Shown here one piece after another: positions 50,023-60,361 of a DNA stretch of 64,000 nucleotides. The stretch is from assembly GCA_963804995.1 (NCBI GenBank), contig CAWDSK010000006.1:1088001-1152000 (forward strand), written 5' to 3'. The notes below the pieces were generated by a model that saw only the letters and a program-made list of their open reading frames with translations, was not told where the DNA came from and made no database searches. Both the position numbers and the translations under genes were made by a program. Positions within the stretch are counted from its first letter, which is position 1. Each line of letters starts with the position of its first letter. This DNA is from an uncultured Acidobacteriota bacterium. Its GTDB lineage: Bacteria > Acidobacteriota > Terriglobia > UBA7540.

Positions 50023-51393
50023 TTAGTAATCGATGCCCTTGATATAATCTTGCGTTGGGACGTACTGGAAGCGGTCGGGATTGGATCTCACGAGGGCGTC
50101 GGCGTAATCATTGGAGATGGTACCGTGGGCGTTGCGCTCCGTGTCCCGGACAACAGACTGGCCAATGATGACGTTGTCGAATGCCTGAAAGGATCTGTCC
50201 CTCGCGTCCGAATTGGCGCGGTCGTGGGCCAGCTTGTCGTCAAACGCCGCCTGGCTGGAGCGGGCGCGGGCCAGAACGCTGGCGGTGAATTCGTTACTCA
50301 TCCTGATCTGTTGTTGCACCTCGCCCTGCACCACCTGGCTGTTGACTTGGTAGCTTTTAGCAACGGCCACCAACGTGGGGGTTTCCTTTTCGAAAAGCGC
50401 CTTGGGTATGGTCGCCTGATAGACCGACATGCCCCAGTTTCCCGAGGCGTCCATGGGCGGCACGATGATAAGTTGCGCCGACACCGCCATGAATCCCTTC
50501 CCGTCGTGGGAGTCCACGTCAGCCTGGATGATTTTAGCGACGCTGCGGCCCTGCGCCGGCCCGTCCGTGACTTTCGTGATGTTGACGGTGGGGGCAGGCC
50601 GCCTCTGCTTTTGAGCGAGTTGGGCCGACGCCGACATGAACGCGCGCCCCGCATCCGTGGTGTAGGGTATGGCAACCCACAGTCCTGGCAGCGGCAAACG
50701 CCCGCCTTGCGTCTCCATGTTCATCATGTTACGGGTCTGCGGGTAGTTGGGGTCCATCACGGGTATGTAGACCCCGAAAACCAGTTTCTCGCCGTTCGGC
50801 CCATCCGCTTCCATGGCGCCCATCAGGGCCGACACGACCTTCCAACCGGGAGGCAGGCTGATGCTTCCACTGTTGTCGGGAAAGTTCACCGCAGTGAGAT
50901 GCTCCGCCGCCCCGGTTGGCACGGGTCCGCTCGCCGTGGTCTTGGAGGACCCCGGGTTCGAGTTCCATTCCGCGCTCAAGCGTTGGAGCAGGGAGTTGAC
51001 GGTCTTGGGGAATCGCTGCGCATCGTCGGTAATGATCGCCGCACTGGATTGCCCGCCCGGGAGCACTGAAACCATCACCAGCCCGGCGATGCGCTGGCCG
51101 CCGCCGTTTTTGGCCGCTACGTTGAAAAATGCGGCAAGCGCTTGACCGCTGCGATCCTGGAAGAACCTGCCCACTTGCGGCCGGTCACCGTATTGGCCGT
51201 GGATTTCGCGCAGCATTGCGCCCATCGCCGCTTGCACGGAGCGTTGCGGTCCCATCGGCCCGTAGGAGATCTGCCCGCCGCCCGGGTTGTTGATCGTCTT
51301 CAAAGCACCCTGGGCGCCGGCAAGAGAGGAACCCGCCATTCCCACCAAGCCGATGCACAAATACGCGAGCAACCTTGCGATGTTACAAATCAT
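50023..51393 (-). CDS. Hypothetical secreted protein
   Basis: AAGGAG RBS, signal peptide, 456-aa ORF with host-like codon use; no family recognised. Confidence 0.75.
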   Translation of the reverse strand: MICNIARLLAYLCIGLVGMAGSSLAGAQGALKTINNPGGGQISYGPMGPQRSVQAAMGAMLREIHGQYGDRPQVGRFFQDRSGQALAAFFNVAAKNGGGQRIAGLVMVSVLPGGQSSAAIITDDAQRFPKTVNSLLQRLSAEWNSNPGSSKTTASGPVPTGAAEHLTAVNFPDNSGSISLPPGWKVVSALMGAMEADGPNGEKLVFGVYIPVMDPNYPQTRNMMNMETQGGRLPLPGLWVAIPYTTDAGRAFMSASAQLAQKQRRPAPTVNITKVTDGPAQGRSVAKIIQADVDSHDGKGFMAVSAQLIIVPPMDASGNWGMSVYQATIPKALFEKETPTLVAVAKSYQVNSQVVQGEVQQQIRMSNEFTASVLARARSSQAAFDDKLAHDRANSDARDRSFQAFDNVIIGQSVVRDTERNAHGTISNDYADALVRSNPDRFQYVPTQDYIKGIDY

Positions 51394-51818
51394 GTTGGTT
51401 CGTCTCCTTCCGAAGAGTCGCTGCCCTTAGCTTATCGGCGCGCGCCCGCAGAGCTTTAGCGCCGGCTTATGCGGGTCGAATCGATTGCTGCAACTTACTT
51501 CGATTTTGCATCATAGAAATTCAACTTCCCCTTGGGCTCGCGCGGATGAGTCGCATGAAGCTGGGCACTTGCTTGCCCGGAAGAAGCCAGGGTCTTCGGG
51601 CGCATCCTGCAACCAGAATGAGCATGGCGCCCTGCCGTCAATTATGTGATTTTGGGGCGCGCAAATTGACGTTATCACGAGTGAAAATGAAAACACAATC
51701 CCGCCCCGGTCGGACACAACCTCGCGGGCGGCGCCCCGATGCATCGGGGCGTCCCAAGCCTTGCGTTGCGACCTCTCGCGCTCAAGTGTTCACCGCAGCC
51801 GAGAAGAGCAGGGGTTAG

Positions 51819-53834
51819 CCGAACTTTCGCACTTCAGGGTGTTGAGTTGGGTTAACTCGCTTCTTTTCAGTACAGGCATTGCCAAGGTCTGGCCTACAAA
51901 CGCAGCATTCCAGCAGGAAAGATTTCCGGCTGGACCGTGATCCTGGGCGGTGGCTGAGTGGGGAGCACGAGCTGCAGTTCGTGCAACAGGAGCTTTTGTT
52001 CGGGTGTCGGCTCGGTGTAGCGGGGCATCACTAATCGGCGCCCATCCGTGGTCGGGAAAGACACATCGAGCATCTGCATGCCCGCCAGCTTCTCCAGCAC
52101 CGCTTTCGGCGTCAGGCCCGGAGCGTGGGCCTGCAGACGCTGTTTCAGCGTCACCCACAAGCCGTACGCCAGAAAGGCAATGAGGATGTGGGCCTCGACG
52201 CGATGTTCTATTTGATGATAAATCGGCCGAATTCCCAGCTCACTCTTCAAACACTTAAAGGCCGCTTCGATCTGCGCCAGTTGCATGTAGCGGTCCCACA
52301 ACACCTCGGGATTTTCCCCCGTCAGATTGGTGCGCAACAGATAATGTCCATCGCGCCGCTCCGCTTCCTCCAACTTGCTGCGCTCGAGCCGGAACTGGAA
52401 GGTCTGGCGAGTCACTTCTTCCTGGGCCTTGGGCACGCTGATCTTCACGAAACCGAAGGCCCGTCCGGCTTCACTCTTGGCTGCTCCGATCTTCATCAGC
52501 AACGCATCACGCGTCGGACACACGCGCCGCAAGGCCCGCAGCCTCCACAACAGCCGTGCCAGCTTGCGTCGACGGATGGCCATCTCTTTCGCCTGGCGGC
52601 CTGCGCTCTTCGCCAGCACATACAACTCGCCTTCCTCCGCGAACAGTTTCACCTCTACCGACTCGCGCACCTTCCGCCACGGCAGTTCCGTCCACTTCGC
52701 TTCGTACTGCCGGATCTTGCCCCGTGGCGTCCCCACCAGGTAAAACATCTCCCGCCCCGGGGTGCGCATCTCCGCCAGCAGTTCTTCACTGGGAACTCCC
52801 CGATCCATCATCCACACCCGCCGTGCCTTGCCGTACACGCTCTCGATCTTGTCCAGAAAACCGCGCAAGCTGTTCCGGTCGGAAGTATTCCCCTCCATCA
52901 CTTCGTAGGCCAGCGGGAAACCTTCCGGCGTCAGCACCAGGGCGATCACCACCTGCCGACAGTCGAACCGCCCGTCCCGGCTGTAACCGTGGCGGGCTTT
53001 GGGAATCGCTTCCGCCTCTCCTTCCACATAGGTGCTGGTGAGATCGTAGAGGAGCAGATCAAAGCGCGCCGCAAAGAGGTCTTGCCACCGCAGCCGCAGG
53101 TGCTGGAACAACTCCGCCTTGTGCGCCAGTATTCGATCCAGACAACGATAGAGCCGGTCCTTCTCGGCCACCGCGAAGTTCACTGCCAGCAACTCGGCCA
53201 TGGCGGTCTGATCGAACCAGTGCCGATGCACACGGAATTCGCTGCCCGGCTCGATCAACCGGTTCACCACCAGCAGCCGTAGCACCTTCTCCCACGGAAC
53301 TCCCTCGCGCCCTTCCGGCAACCTCGCCTGCCAGAACTCGTCCAGCTTCAACTGGCGCCACAGCTCGCAGCCCAACCAACAGCCACCGAAGGTGCGCGGC
53401 CGCTCAACGCGCATTTCACTCAACTTCACTTGTACGCCGTCCACAGCATCCGCAGGAAGTTCGCGGTCCTCCGGGAAGAGGCTCAGGGACGCGAGGACGC
53501 GACGGTCCTCGTCAAAAACCTCCAGCGTCTTGCGCCACGCGGATTGTTGGCTGTCGTTGATTTCGCCCAGATACAGCACCGTCCGATGCACGACCTTCGA
53601 GCGCGACACGCGCCGACTCTCGAACGATGCTGAAATAACGATGTTCCTTGCCGTCCTTTTTGCGTCGATGAATCTTCAGGTGCACGCCCCAGAATGCCAG
53701 ACCTTCGCGCCCCAGAAAAGAGGGTAGGTCGGGCCTACAAGCACTCTTCAACCCGCGCCCATTGAAGGCAAAGACCTTGTGCACCGCAAGCTGCCAAAAT
53801 CAGCCCGGTAGCGGGTGGAAGTGCGAAAGGCAGG
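51819..53834 (-). mobile_element. IS1634-family insertion sequence (2016 bp) flanked by TTAG
   Basis: TIR CC...CTTTCGCACTTC at both ends; TTAG at 51815-51818 and 53835-53838. Confidence 0.85.
51894..53685 (-). CDS. IS1634-family transposase; +1 frameshift near 53623 as assembled
   Basis: YDLTSTY, GYSRD, MDRG, IEAAFKCLK, RPIYH. The N-terminus RKKDGKEHRYFSIVE lies in the shifted frame; span is 3n+1. Confidence 0.9.
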
Positions 53835-54008
53835 TTAGGGAACAAAAGATAGGGAACAGGGAATAGGGAACAGGGAACAGAAATTAGGGAGTAGGGAGTG
53901 GGGGCCAGTGACGAGTGATTAGCAAGAAGGACAAGCAGGGGCGCGCCCAAGAAACGAAAAGCCGCAGAGTCTCGGAAAGCGCGAGACTTTGCGCTACCCT
54001 GCTGCTAG

Positions 54009-54495
54009 GCCTTGCACCTTTCGTAGCGGCGGGTTTACCCCGCCATTTTCGCGGCGGCATTACGCCGCCACATGGCGAGGTAAACTCGCCGCTACGTCTT
54101 CGTCATCAGGCCCCGTGTGCGGAGCAGCTTCCGCAGGGCCATCAAACGCCGGTGCTCTGAGCGGTGGCGTCGCTTTCGGAGTGCGGGAGCTCGCTCCCGC
54201 TTTTTGCCGCCGGTGACTCGGCACCGGTGCGGAGGTTCGCCGCGACGAGTCGCGGCGAGCAAAAGCGGCGACGAGTCGCCGCACTCCGAAAGACAAGCCT
54301 TGCACCTTTCGTAGCGGCGGGTTTACCCCGCCATTTTCGCGGCGGCCTTACGCCGCCACATGGCGAGGTAAACTCGCCGCTACATCATCAAACTGAGACC
54401 CTGCCGGCTAATGGGATAACCACCCCGTCGCCGAGGTGCCCGCGTAACCACCCCGTCGCCTACGGCGCCACCCCTCCTGAATCAGGCGGGGAGTT
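54009..54495. repeat. Cluster: two 87-bp GTAG-REP doublets flanking element X, then a TIR-like end and a CCACCCC module
   Basis: 54009-54095 and 54297-54383 differ at one base. Confidence 0.88.
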
Positions 54496-54624
54496 ATTAA
54501 AAAACACGCTGCCTCTACACGCAGAAAATCGCAGACATGCCGGATTTCAGCATGTCTGCGATCTCTGGGAATTCACTTTCTGGTTTTCTGACAGGGCACA
54601 CCACGGCGTGCCCCTACGTAACGG

Positions 54625-57600
54625 TTAGAACGTGATCTTCGCAGCAACTTGCATAATGCGAGGAGCTGCCGCACCGGTGACTCTCCCGAACGTGCCGGCG
54701 GTATATGACCCGTTGGGGTTCGAGAACTGCGCGTGGTTAAAGGTATTGAAGGCCTCGAACCGGATTTGCAGTTTCATGCTTTCCCGGAGCTGCGTGTCTT
54801 TGTGAAGGCCCAGGTTCCAGTTGTTGATTCCAGGTCCAAAGAAGAAGCGCGGGTCGGCATCGCCGAACTGCCCGAGGGATTCCGGGGCAAAAGCGCTCTT
54901 GCTAAACCAGGTATGGAGGGGCGAATTCCTGGGGTTGCCGGTGATGTTCAGAGGGCCGACGACATTGGGCATGTCGATGCCGGAGGTGCCTCTTAAAGCG
55001 TGATCACCGCTCTCAAACATGGAGACGGGGAATCCCGTTGCGAACCGGGTGATGCCGGCAACGCTCCATCCCTCGACAAGGCGTTTCGGAAGCGATGTGA
55101 ATGCCCTGTCGAAAGGTATGGTGTATACGTAGCTGGCAACGAAATTGTGGGTAACGTCAAAATTCGAAAGGGATCTGCTGAGGCTGTGATTCTGGTAATT
55201 CAGACGGTTGTTGAAATAGGAACCGTTATCGATCCCCTTGGATAATGTGTACGCCACCAGGAAAGATGAATTGCCGGCTTTCCTTTCCAGGCTCGTCTGA
55301 AACGAGTTGTAGTCGGAATTGGCCCAGTCTCCTTCATAGAAGCTTGTCGAAAAGGCGCTGCCGAAGGGACTGCGCGTTCCGTAGACCAAGGAGCCGTCCG
55401 GGCGCGTGAAGGTCTGATCTTCCTGGCCGGGGCCGCATAGCGGCGTTGCTCCGGATGCTCTAAGACTCAGACAAAGGTTCGGATCGCCGGGGTTCGCTTC
55501 CTGGATGCCGATCAACTTCCGGCCCAGGGTCCCTACGTAACCGAGGCTCAGCACCATTGAGCCGCTGAGTTGACGCTGGATTGTCAGGTTGTAGTCAATG
55601 CCGTAGGGCAGTGCATTGTCCACCGCGTACCCCAGCGTGCTGTACAAGGGCAAGTAATAGGAAAAATCAAAGTTCTTCGCCGCAGCACTTCCCGGCGCCG
55701 GAATAAAGAAGGGAAACGGATGTCCCTGGGACTGTCCGGTTGACCGGGTGGTGAAAGGCGTCTCGAACATGGGCGGACCGGAGGATCCCCAGTATTCGCC
55801 GAAGGGTACGGTCCCGAGGATCCAATAGAGCGTTTGGTCCTGAATGGCAGTAAAGAATTCGCCACCCGCCAGCCGAATACTCGTCTTGCCCGGTCCTCCA
55901 AAGATCTTTCCAAGTATCCCGTCAGAATAGTTGGGGGAGTAGGCGATACCAAAGCGCGGGGCAAAGTTGTCGTACCGGGTGGGCGCCAAGGTTCTGGGGA
56001 CTCCTGCGTCACCCGGATATACCAACCCTTTCGGAGCTGTGGGGTACTGGGTGGATTGTTCCCCGGGAACCAGCGCCACGATCTTGTCCTGAGAGTCATA
56101 CCAGGGCTGGCTGAACTCCCAGCGCAGTCCAATGTTCATGGTCAGGTTGGTCCTCAGATGGATGGAATCCTGCACGAAGGCCGCGCCGTACTTGCTGCGC
56201 GAATCGAGAAGTTGCAGGCTGGACTGTGTGTAGTTGGCGGGGGCCCCCAGCAGATAGTCGGCGATGTCGGAGCCCGTTTCATTTCCATTGAACCCGAATT
56301 GGCCGACCGGAGCACCGGCATTCCGCTGGTTCATCTGGTAGTAACGGAAGTCTACGCCGAACTTAATCGTATGTCGCCCCGTGATCTTCGAGAAATTGTC
56401 CTGGATTTGATAAGTGTTCTGATTGGCGATGCCGGGAGACACCGTACCAAAACTGAACTCGTTTGTTCCGATAGTCGGGACACCGAGGTATCCCGTGGGA
56501 CCGGAGTTGTTGATACCGTCCGTACCCGCGCCCGTCACAAAGCCCATGCTGGTCAAGGTGGGCGCAGTGCCAGACGGGACCGTCTGCACGGGCAGTCGGG
56601 TGAAGCTCATCCGAAACTCGTTGACCGCCGTGGGGCTGATAATCCGCGTGTTGCTGAGCGTCGCTTGCTGGTTCTTCACCTGGGTGACGTCTGCGAAGCC
56701 TGGCCAACTGGCGCCCGCGAGAGCATTGTTGGTATTCGTACTTTGGTGGAGATAGTACACCGACCAGTTTCCAGTCAGTTTGTTTAGGAAATCCACACGC
56801 TGCCCGAACATGTTATCGCCGATTCGGGTCGGGTAGGCTGCGGAGGCGTAGATGTCACTTCCCACGTTGGCGCCGGGAATGAACCCGATCGTCCCTTTCG
56901 ATGCCGGAGACCACGCCGCCTGAGGGATGATACCGTTCGGGAAGACTTGAGAGTAGAGTTCACCGTCGGAAACCGTGGTCCCAAGGCGTTGCGAAAGCAC
57001 CTGAGCCCAGGCAGACCCGTTCACCGCACCGGTTAGGTTGTCGACGCCAATGATGCCGCTGCGCTGGTCGGCGGAAAGGACTTGTACCTGGCTGGCCGAT
57101 CCACCGTTAATCTCCCGGGTTCCTTGATAATCCGTGAACCAGAATAACTTATCCTTGATGGCCGGCCCGCCCACCGCGTACCCGAACTGATTTCTCTTCA
57201 AGGTCCCGATTTGGGTGTCGAAGAACCCGCGGGAATCCATCGCGTTATTTCGCAGAAATTCGAATGCCGAGCCGTGGATACGGTTCGTCCCGCCCTTGGT
57301 GATGGCGTTCGTAAGTGCGCCGCTGAACCGCCCATATTCGGCGTCAAAGCTGTTGGTGAGCAGCCGGAATTCCTGGATCGAGTCGAGGTTCGGTTGGATG
57401 CCGGCCTGGAAGTTTCCGACGTTGGACACATCACCGCCATTCACCAGGAAGCCGTTGTTGTTTTCCCGCTGGCCGTTCACGGAGATCGTTCCGGGGCCTT
57501 CACTGCGCGTGCCGGCGGGAGCCACACCGGATTGCAGGGAGAGCAAATCCAAGTAGCTGCGGCCGTTGAGCGGCAGTTGCAGGATTTGCTTTTCCTCGAT

Positions 57601-58029
57601 GACCTGACCTAATTGCGTGTTCGTGGTTTCCACCTGTACCGCGCTCGCGGTCACGGTGATTTCCTGCAGGGTGCTGCCCACGTCCATGACAAAGTTCTGT
57701 TCCAGGGTATCCTGAACGTGCAGGACAAGGCCCACCTTGTTGATCTCTTTGAACCCCTCCTTTCGCACCACCAGCCGGTAGCGTCCGGGAGGGAGTTCGG
57801 GAATCACATAGATGCCGACACCATTTGTGGTCGAACGAGATTGCGCATTGGTATCGATATTGACCGCTGCTACTTCGACCCCAGGTATGATGCTTCCCTG
57901 TTGGTCCGAAACGCTTCCATTGATGGTGGCGGTCGTGGTTTGCGCCCACAATGGTGTCACAAGCGAGTATGGGACTAGACCCAAAATACCGGCCAAACAG
58001 ACAATCACGTTCAGACAACGTCGGTTCAT
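54625..58029 (-). CDS. TonB-dependent receptor (Oar-like) with carboxypeptidase-regulatory domain
   Basis: Signal peptide; LPLNGR, AEYGRFSG, FAPRFG, EAFNTFNH, PRIMQVAAKITF. Confidence 0.93.
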   Translation of the reverse strand: MNRRCLNVIVCLAGILGLVPYSLVTPLWAQTTTATINGSVSDQQGSIIPGVEVAAVNIDTNAQSRSTTNGVGIYVIPELPPGRYRLVVRKEGFKEINKVGLVLHVQDTLEQNFVMDVGSTLQEITVTASAVQVETTNTQLGQVIEEKQILQLPLNGRSYLDLLSLQSGVAPAGTRSEGPGTISVNGQRENNNGFLVNGGDVSNVGNFQAGIQPNLDSIQEFRLLTNSFDAEYGRFSGALTNAITKGGTNRIHGSAFEFLRNNAMDSRGFFDTQIGTLKRNQFGYAVGGPAIKDKLFWFTDYQGTREINGGSASQVQVLSADQRSGIIGVDNLTGAVNGSAWAQVLSQRLGTTVSDGELYSQVFPNGIIPQAAWSPASKGTIGFIPGANVGSDIYASAAYPTRIGDNMFGQRVDFLNKLTGNWSVYYLHQSTNTNNALAGASWPGFADVTQVKNQQATLSNTRIISPTAVNEFRMSFTRLPVQTVPSGTAPTLTSMGFVTGAGTDGINNSGPTGYLGVPTIGTNEFSFGTVSPGIANQNTYQIQDNFSKITGRHTIKFGVDFRYYQMNQRNAGAPVGQFGFNGNETGSDIADYLLGAPANYTQSSLQLLDSRSKYGAAFVQDSIHLRTNLTMNIGLRWEFSQPWYDSQDKIVALVPGEQSTQYPTAPKGLVYPGDAGVPRTLAPTRYDNFAPRFGIAYSPNYSDGILGKIFGGPGKTSIRLAGGEFFTAIQDQTLYWILGTVPFGEYWGSSGPPMFETPFTTRSTGQSQGHPFPFFIPAPGSAAAKNFDFSYYLPLYSTLGYAVDNALPYGIDYNLTIQRQLSGSMVLSLGYVGTLGRKLIGIQEANPGDPNLCLSLRASGATPLCGPGQEDQTFTRPDGSLVYGTRSPFGSAFSTSFYEGDWANSDYNSFQTSLERKAGNSSFLVAYTLSKGIDNGSYFNNRLNYQNHSLSRSLSNFDVTHNFVASYVYTIPFDRAFTSLPKRLVEGWSVAGITRFATGFPVSMFESGDHALRGTSGIDMPNVVGPLNITGNPRNSPLHTWFSKSAFAPESLGQFGDADPRFFFGPGINNWNLGLHKDTQLRESMKLQIRFEAFNTFNHAQFSNPNGSYTAGTFGRVTGAAAPRIMQVAAKITF

Positions 58030-58195
58030 CAGTCTTTTCTCCTTTCGGCGCGGAGGACTATCCTCAACTACGTATGCCGCTGAGAAAGGCTGACAGTACC
58101 AAACACCAAAAAGTTGAAGAGTTGAAACGGCTCCGGGTACGGAGTTCGGTCCCCTAATCGCGAGGCACTAATCCCCAGGCCTGAGTTCCCAGCCC

Positions 58196-59461
58196 CTAGG
58201 GGTGATTGGCCTGTCCGCCGAGGAAGGCGAAAAGGATTTTCTGGCCGCGCGGTTTGTCGCCAGGGTCATGAGGTTCGAGTGTCACAAACACCGAGTCGAT
58301 TTCTGCAAGCTGCTGCGGGTTGTCCACTTTAAGCGTCCATCTCTTCTGGTCTTTGTCATCGACATACAAAATGCCGAGGTTCCTGACCGAGGCAGGCTCA
58401 CCGAGTTGCTCCCCCCACACATCAAGAGAGTAATTTGCCCTCGCCAACTTCCTCTCGTCCAGGTCGTAGGCATAGAAGATGAGGGACCTGCCTTCGGTAT
58501 AGAAAATCCTCCCGAAGGCCCTCTTATTCTTGCCTTTGCCGTCCGCGTCATGGACATCGATGATGTGCAGGTTCCGCGCGCCCATAAGGTCCGTGATATC
58601 GCGACCTGCCGCCAGCAAATCCCGCTCGCGGCTAAGGGTTGCCGTCTGCGACTTGAGCTGCTGCGAGAGCGTGCCCGCCTCCGCCCTCGCGGCTCCGATC
58701 TCCGCTTCCATCTGCGTTCCACGCGCTCGTGCCTCTTCGAGTTCGGCTCTCGCTCGGAAGAGTAGCTGTGCATTGTGATCGTTCTGGCTCGCCATCTGCG
58801 CGTTCCGATCGCTTAGGCCGGCAAGGGATTGGCTTAGAGCCTGGTTTTCAGCCCGGCCGCCCGCCAGGTCCTTCTCCAAGCCACCGATGCGCAAGACCAT
58901 CGCGGAGATTTCATCCTGCTGGCGGGAAATCGTCTCGTTCGAAGCCTCAAGCGCGGCCTGAAGTTCCGTGAGTTTCGCCTCCAGCTCGTGGGCGTCACGG
59001 TCTTGGTTCGCCCGGGTTCCGCTCAGCGGCGCTGGCATTCTTGTCTCCAGGGAGCGCTTCACGCTGTGGTGGGCAGCGCGGTAGCCGAGCCCGGCCACTA
59101 CCATCCCAAGCAGCGCGACCGCCCCGACCCAGCGGTAGGGAAGCGCCAGGCGGTAACCATTCCAGCCTTTGTTGTCGTGCCGTTTCTTCAGGGCGGCGGA
59201 AAATTGAATGCCTTCGGCGCGGGCCCGCTCAATGAATCGCTCGCGCAGGCCCCCCTTTTCGATGTGGCGCCGGAGGGCGCCGTTCATCTTGTCGCGTTCC
59301 TCCGCCCGCAATTGCTGAAGTGAAGCTGAGAATTCCTCATGGGCCGTGTGGCAAGACGGACAGTGTTCCGCCTGCTCAATCATCTGTTCGTATTCGTCCG
59401 GCGAAAGCTGGTTCGTCCCGGCTGACGCGCACTCATCCTCAAATGACTTCCACTTCCACAT
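58196..59461 (-). CDS. Membrane anti-sigma factor (Cys motif, TM helix, coiled coil, RskA-like C-terminus)
   Basis: HCPSC near the N-terminus, TM helix, VFVTLEP..KPRG; overlaps the ECF stop codon. Confidence 0.78.
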   Translation of the reverse strand: MWKWKSFEDECASAGTNQLSPDEYEQMIEQAEHCPSCHTAHEEFSASLQQLRAEERDKMNGALRRHIEKGGLRERFIERARAEGIQFSAALKKRHDNKGWNGYRLALPYRWVGAVALLGMVVAGLGYRAAHHSVKRSLETRMPAPLSGTRANQDRDAHELEAKLTELQAALEASNETISRQQDEISAMVLRIGGLEKDLAGGRAENQALSQSLAGLSDRNAQMASQNDHNAQLLFRARAELEEARARGTQMEAEIGAARAEAGTLSQQLKSQTATLSRERDLLAAGRDITDLMGARNLHIIDVHDADGKGKNKRAFGRIFYTEGRSLIFYAYDLDERKLARANYSLDVWGEQLGEPASVRNLGILYVDDKDQKRWTLKVDNPQQLAEIDSVFVTLEPHDPGDKPRGQKILFAFLGGQANHP

Positions 59462-60131
59462 CGATAGCCCCCTGACGAGCGACTTGGTTACTAGTCCGGC
59501 CGTTCCTGTTTGCTTCGCTGTGCAGCAGCAGCGAACGGAGACGGTGAAGCGCGCGATAATAGTGATGCCGCACGTTTCCCAGGGATTCCCCCGTTTTATT
59601 GGCGATCTCTTTGAGCGGCATGTCCTCAAAATACGCCATGTGGATTACACTCCGCTGGGAATGATTCAGGCTTTCCAAGCCTTCCCGCACCAGGCAGCGG
59701 GCTTCGGGAAGAGTAAGTAGTCCCGGCGCCACGTTCCCGGCGGAGATCTCTGCGGGATTGGGCGTACGGGGTTCCACCTGGCCTCGGTCGTAGAAACCCC
59801 TCAGCTTGAGATATTCACGGCGGTTCATGCTACGGTGATACGCGTACTGGAGCAGCCATACCTTCGCGGTGCCCCGTGAGGCGTCAAATTGACCAGCCAC
59901 CTTATAGATTTCGAGGAAGACAGATTGCATCACATCTTCCGCCTCTGCTGGATTGCGGAGAATCTTGTGCGCCACGCTCAAAATGAGCCGATGATAGCGT
60001 TCAAAGAGCACGGCGAGCGCATCGTTGTGCCCCGCTCGCAGATGCGCCATCAAATCTGTGTCAGTCAATCGACTCAACTGCTCGAATGACTGCCCACACG
60101 GTTCGTTCGGAGGCCCTTCAACAGATCCCAT
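59439..60131 (-). CDS. ECF RNA polymerase sigma factor
   Basis: AEAEDVMQSVF, FDASRG, WLLQYAY, LKEIA, GNVR. GTG 60164 is an alternative start. Confidence 0.92.
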   Translation of the reverse strand: MGSVEGPPNEPCGQSFEQLSRLTDTDLMAHLRAGHNDALAVLFERYHRLILSVAHKILRNPAEAEDVMQSVFLEIYKVAGQFDASRGTAKVWLLQYAYHRSMNRREYLKLRGFYDRGQVEPRTPNPAEISAGNVAPGLLTLPEARCLVREGLESLNHSQRSVIHMAYFEDMPLKEIANKTGESLGNVRHHYYRALHRLRSLLLHSEANRNGRTSNQVARQGAIDVEVEVI

Positions 60132-60174
60132 AAAGTTATCCTTGCACCGTCCAGCAATCTTCACGAAAATTTAT

Positions 60175-60202
60175 GAGACGCGCCATGGCTCAGAGCGGTT
60201 GA
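60175..60202 (-). promoter_or_regulatory. Putative autoregulatory ECF promoter
   Basis: Minus strand TCAAC-N17-CGTCTC just upstream of the sigma gene. Confidence 0.55.
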
Positions 60203-60361
60203 GAGAGCAAGATATAGCACACTTGCACAAGAATTGCGCATGCTTCAGAGGAACTTTATTTTTGCTGTGCCGTGGTACAGCATGGGGAAGTGGAGGGCAT
60301 ACTAAGAATTGGAAGCAAGGTGATGGCCTGTCCGCGTGCGTCAGGCCTTTTGGGCTTCCGC

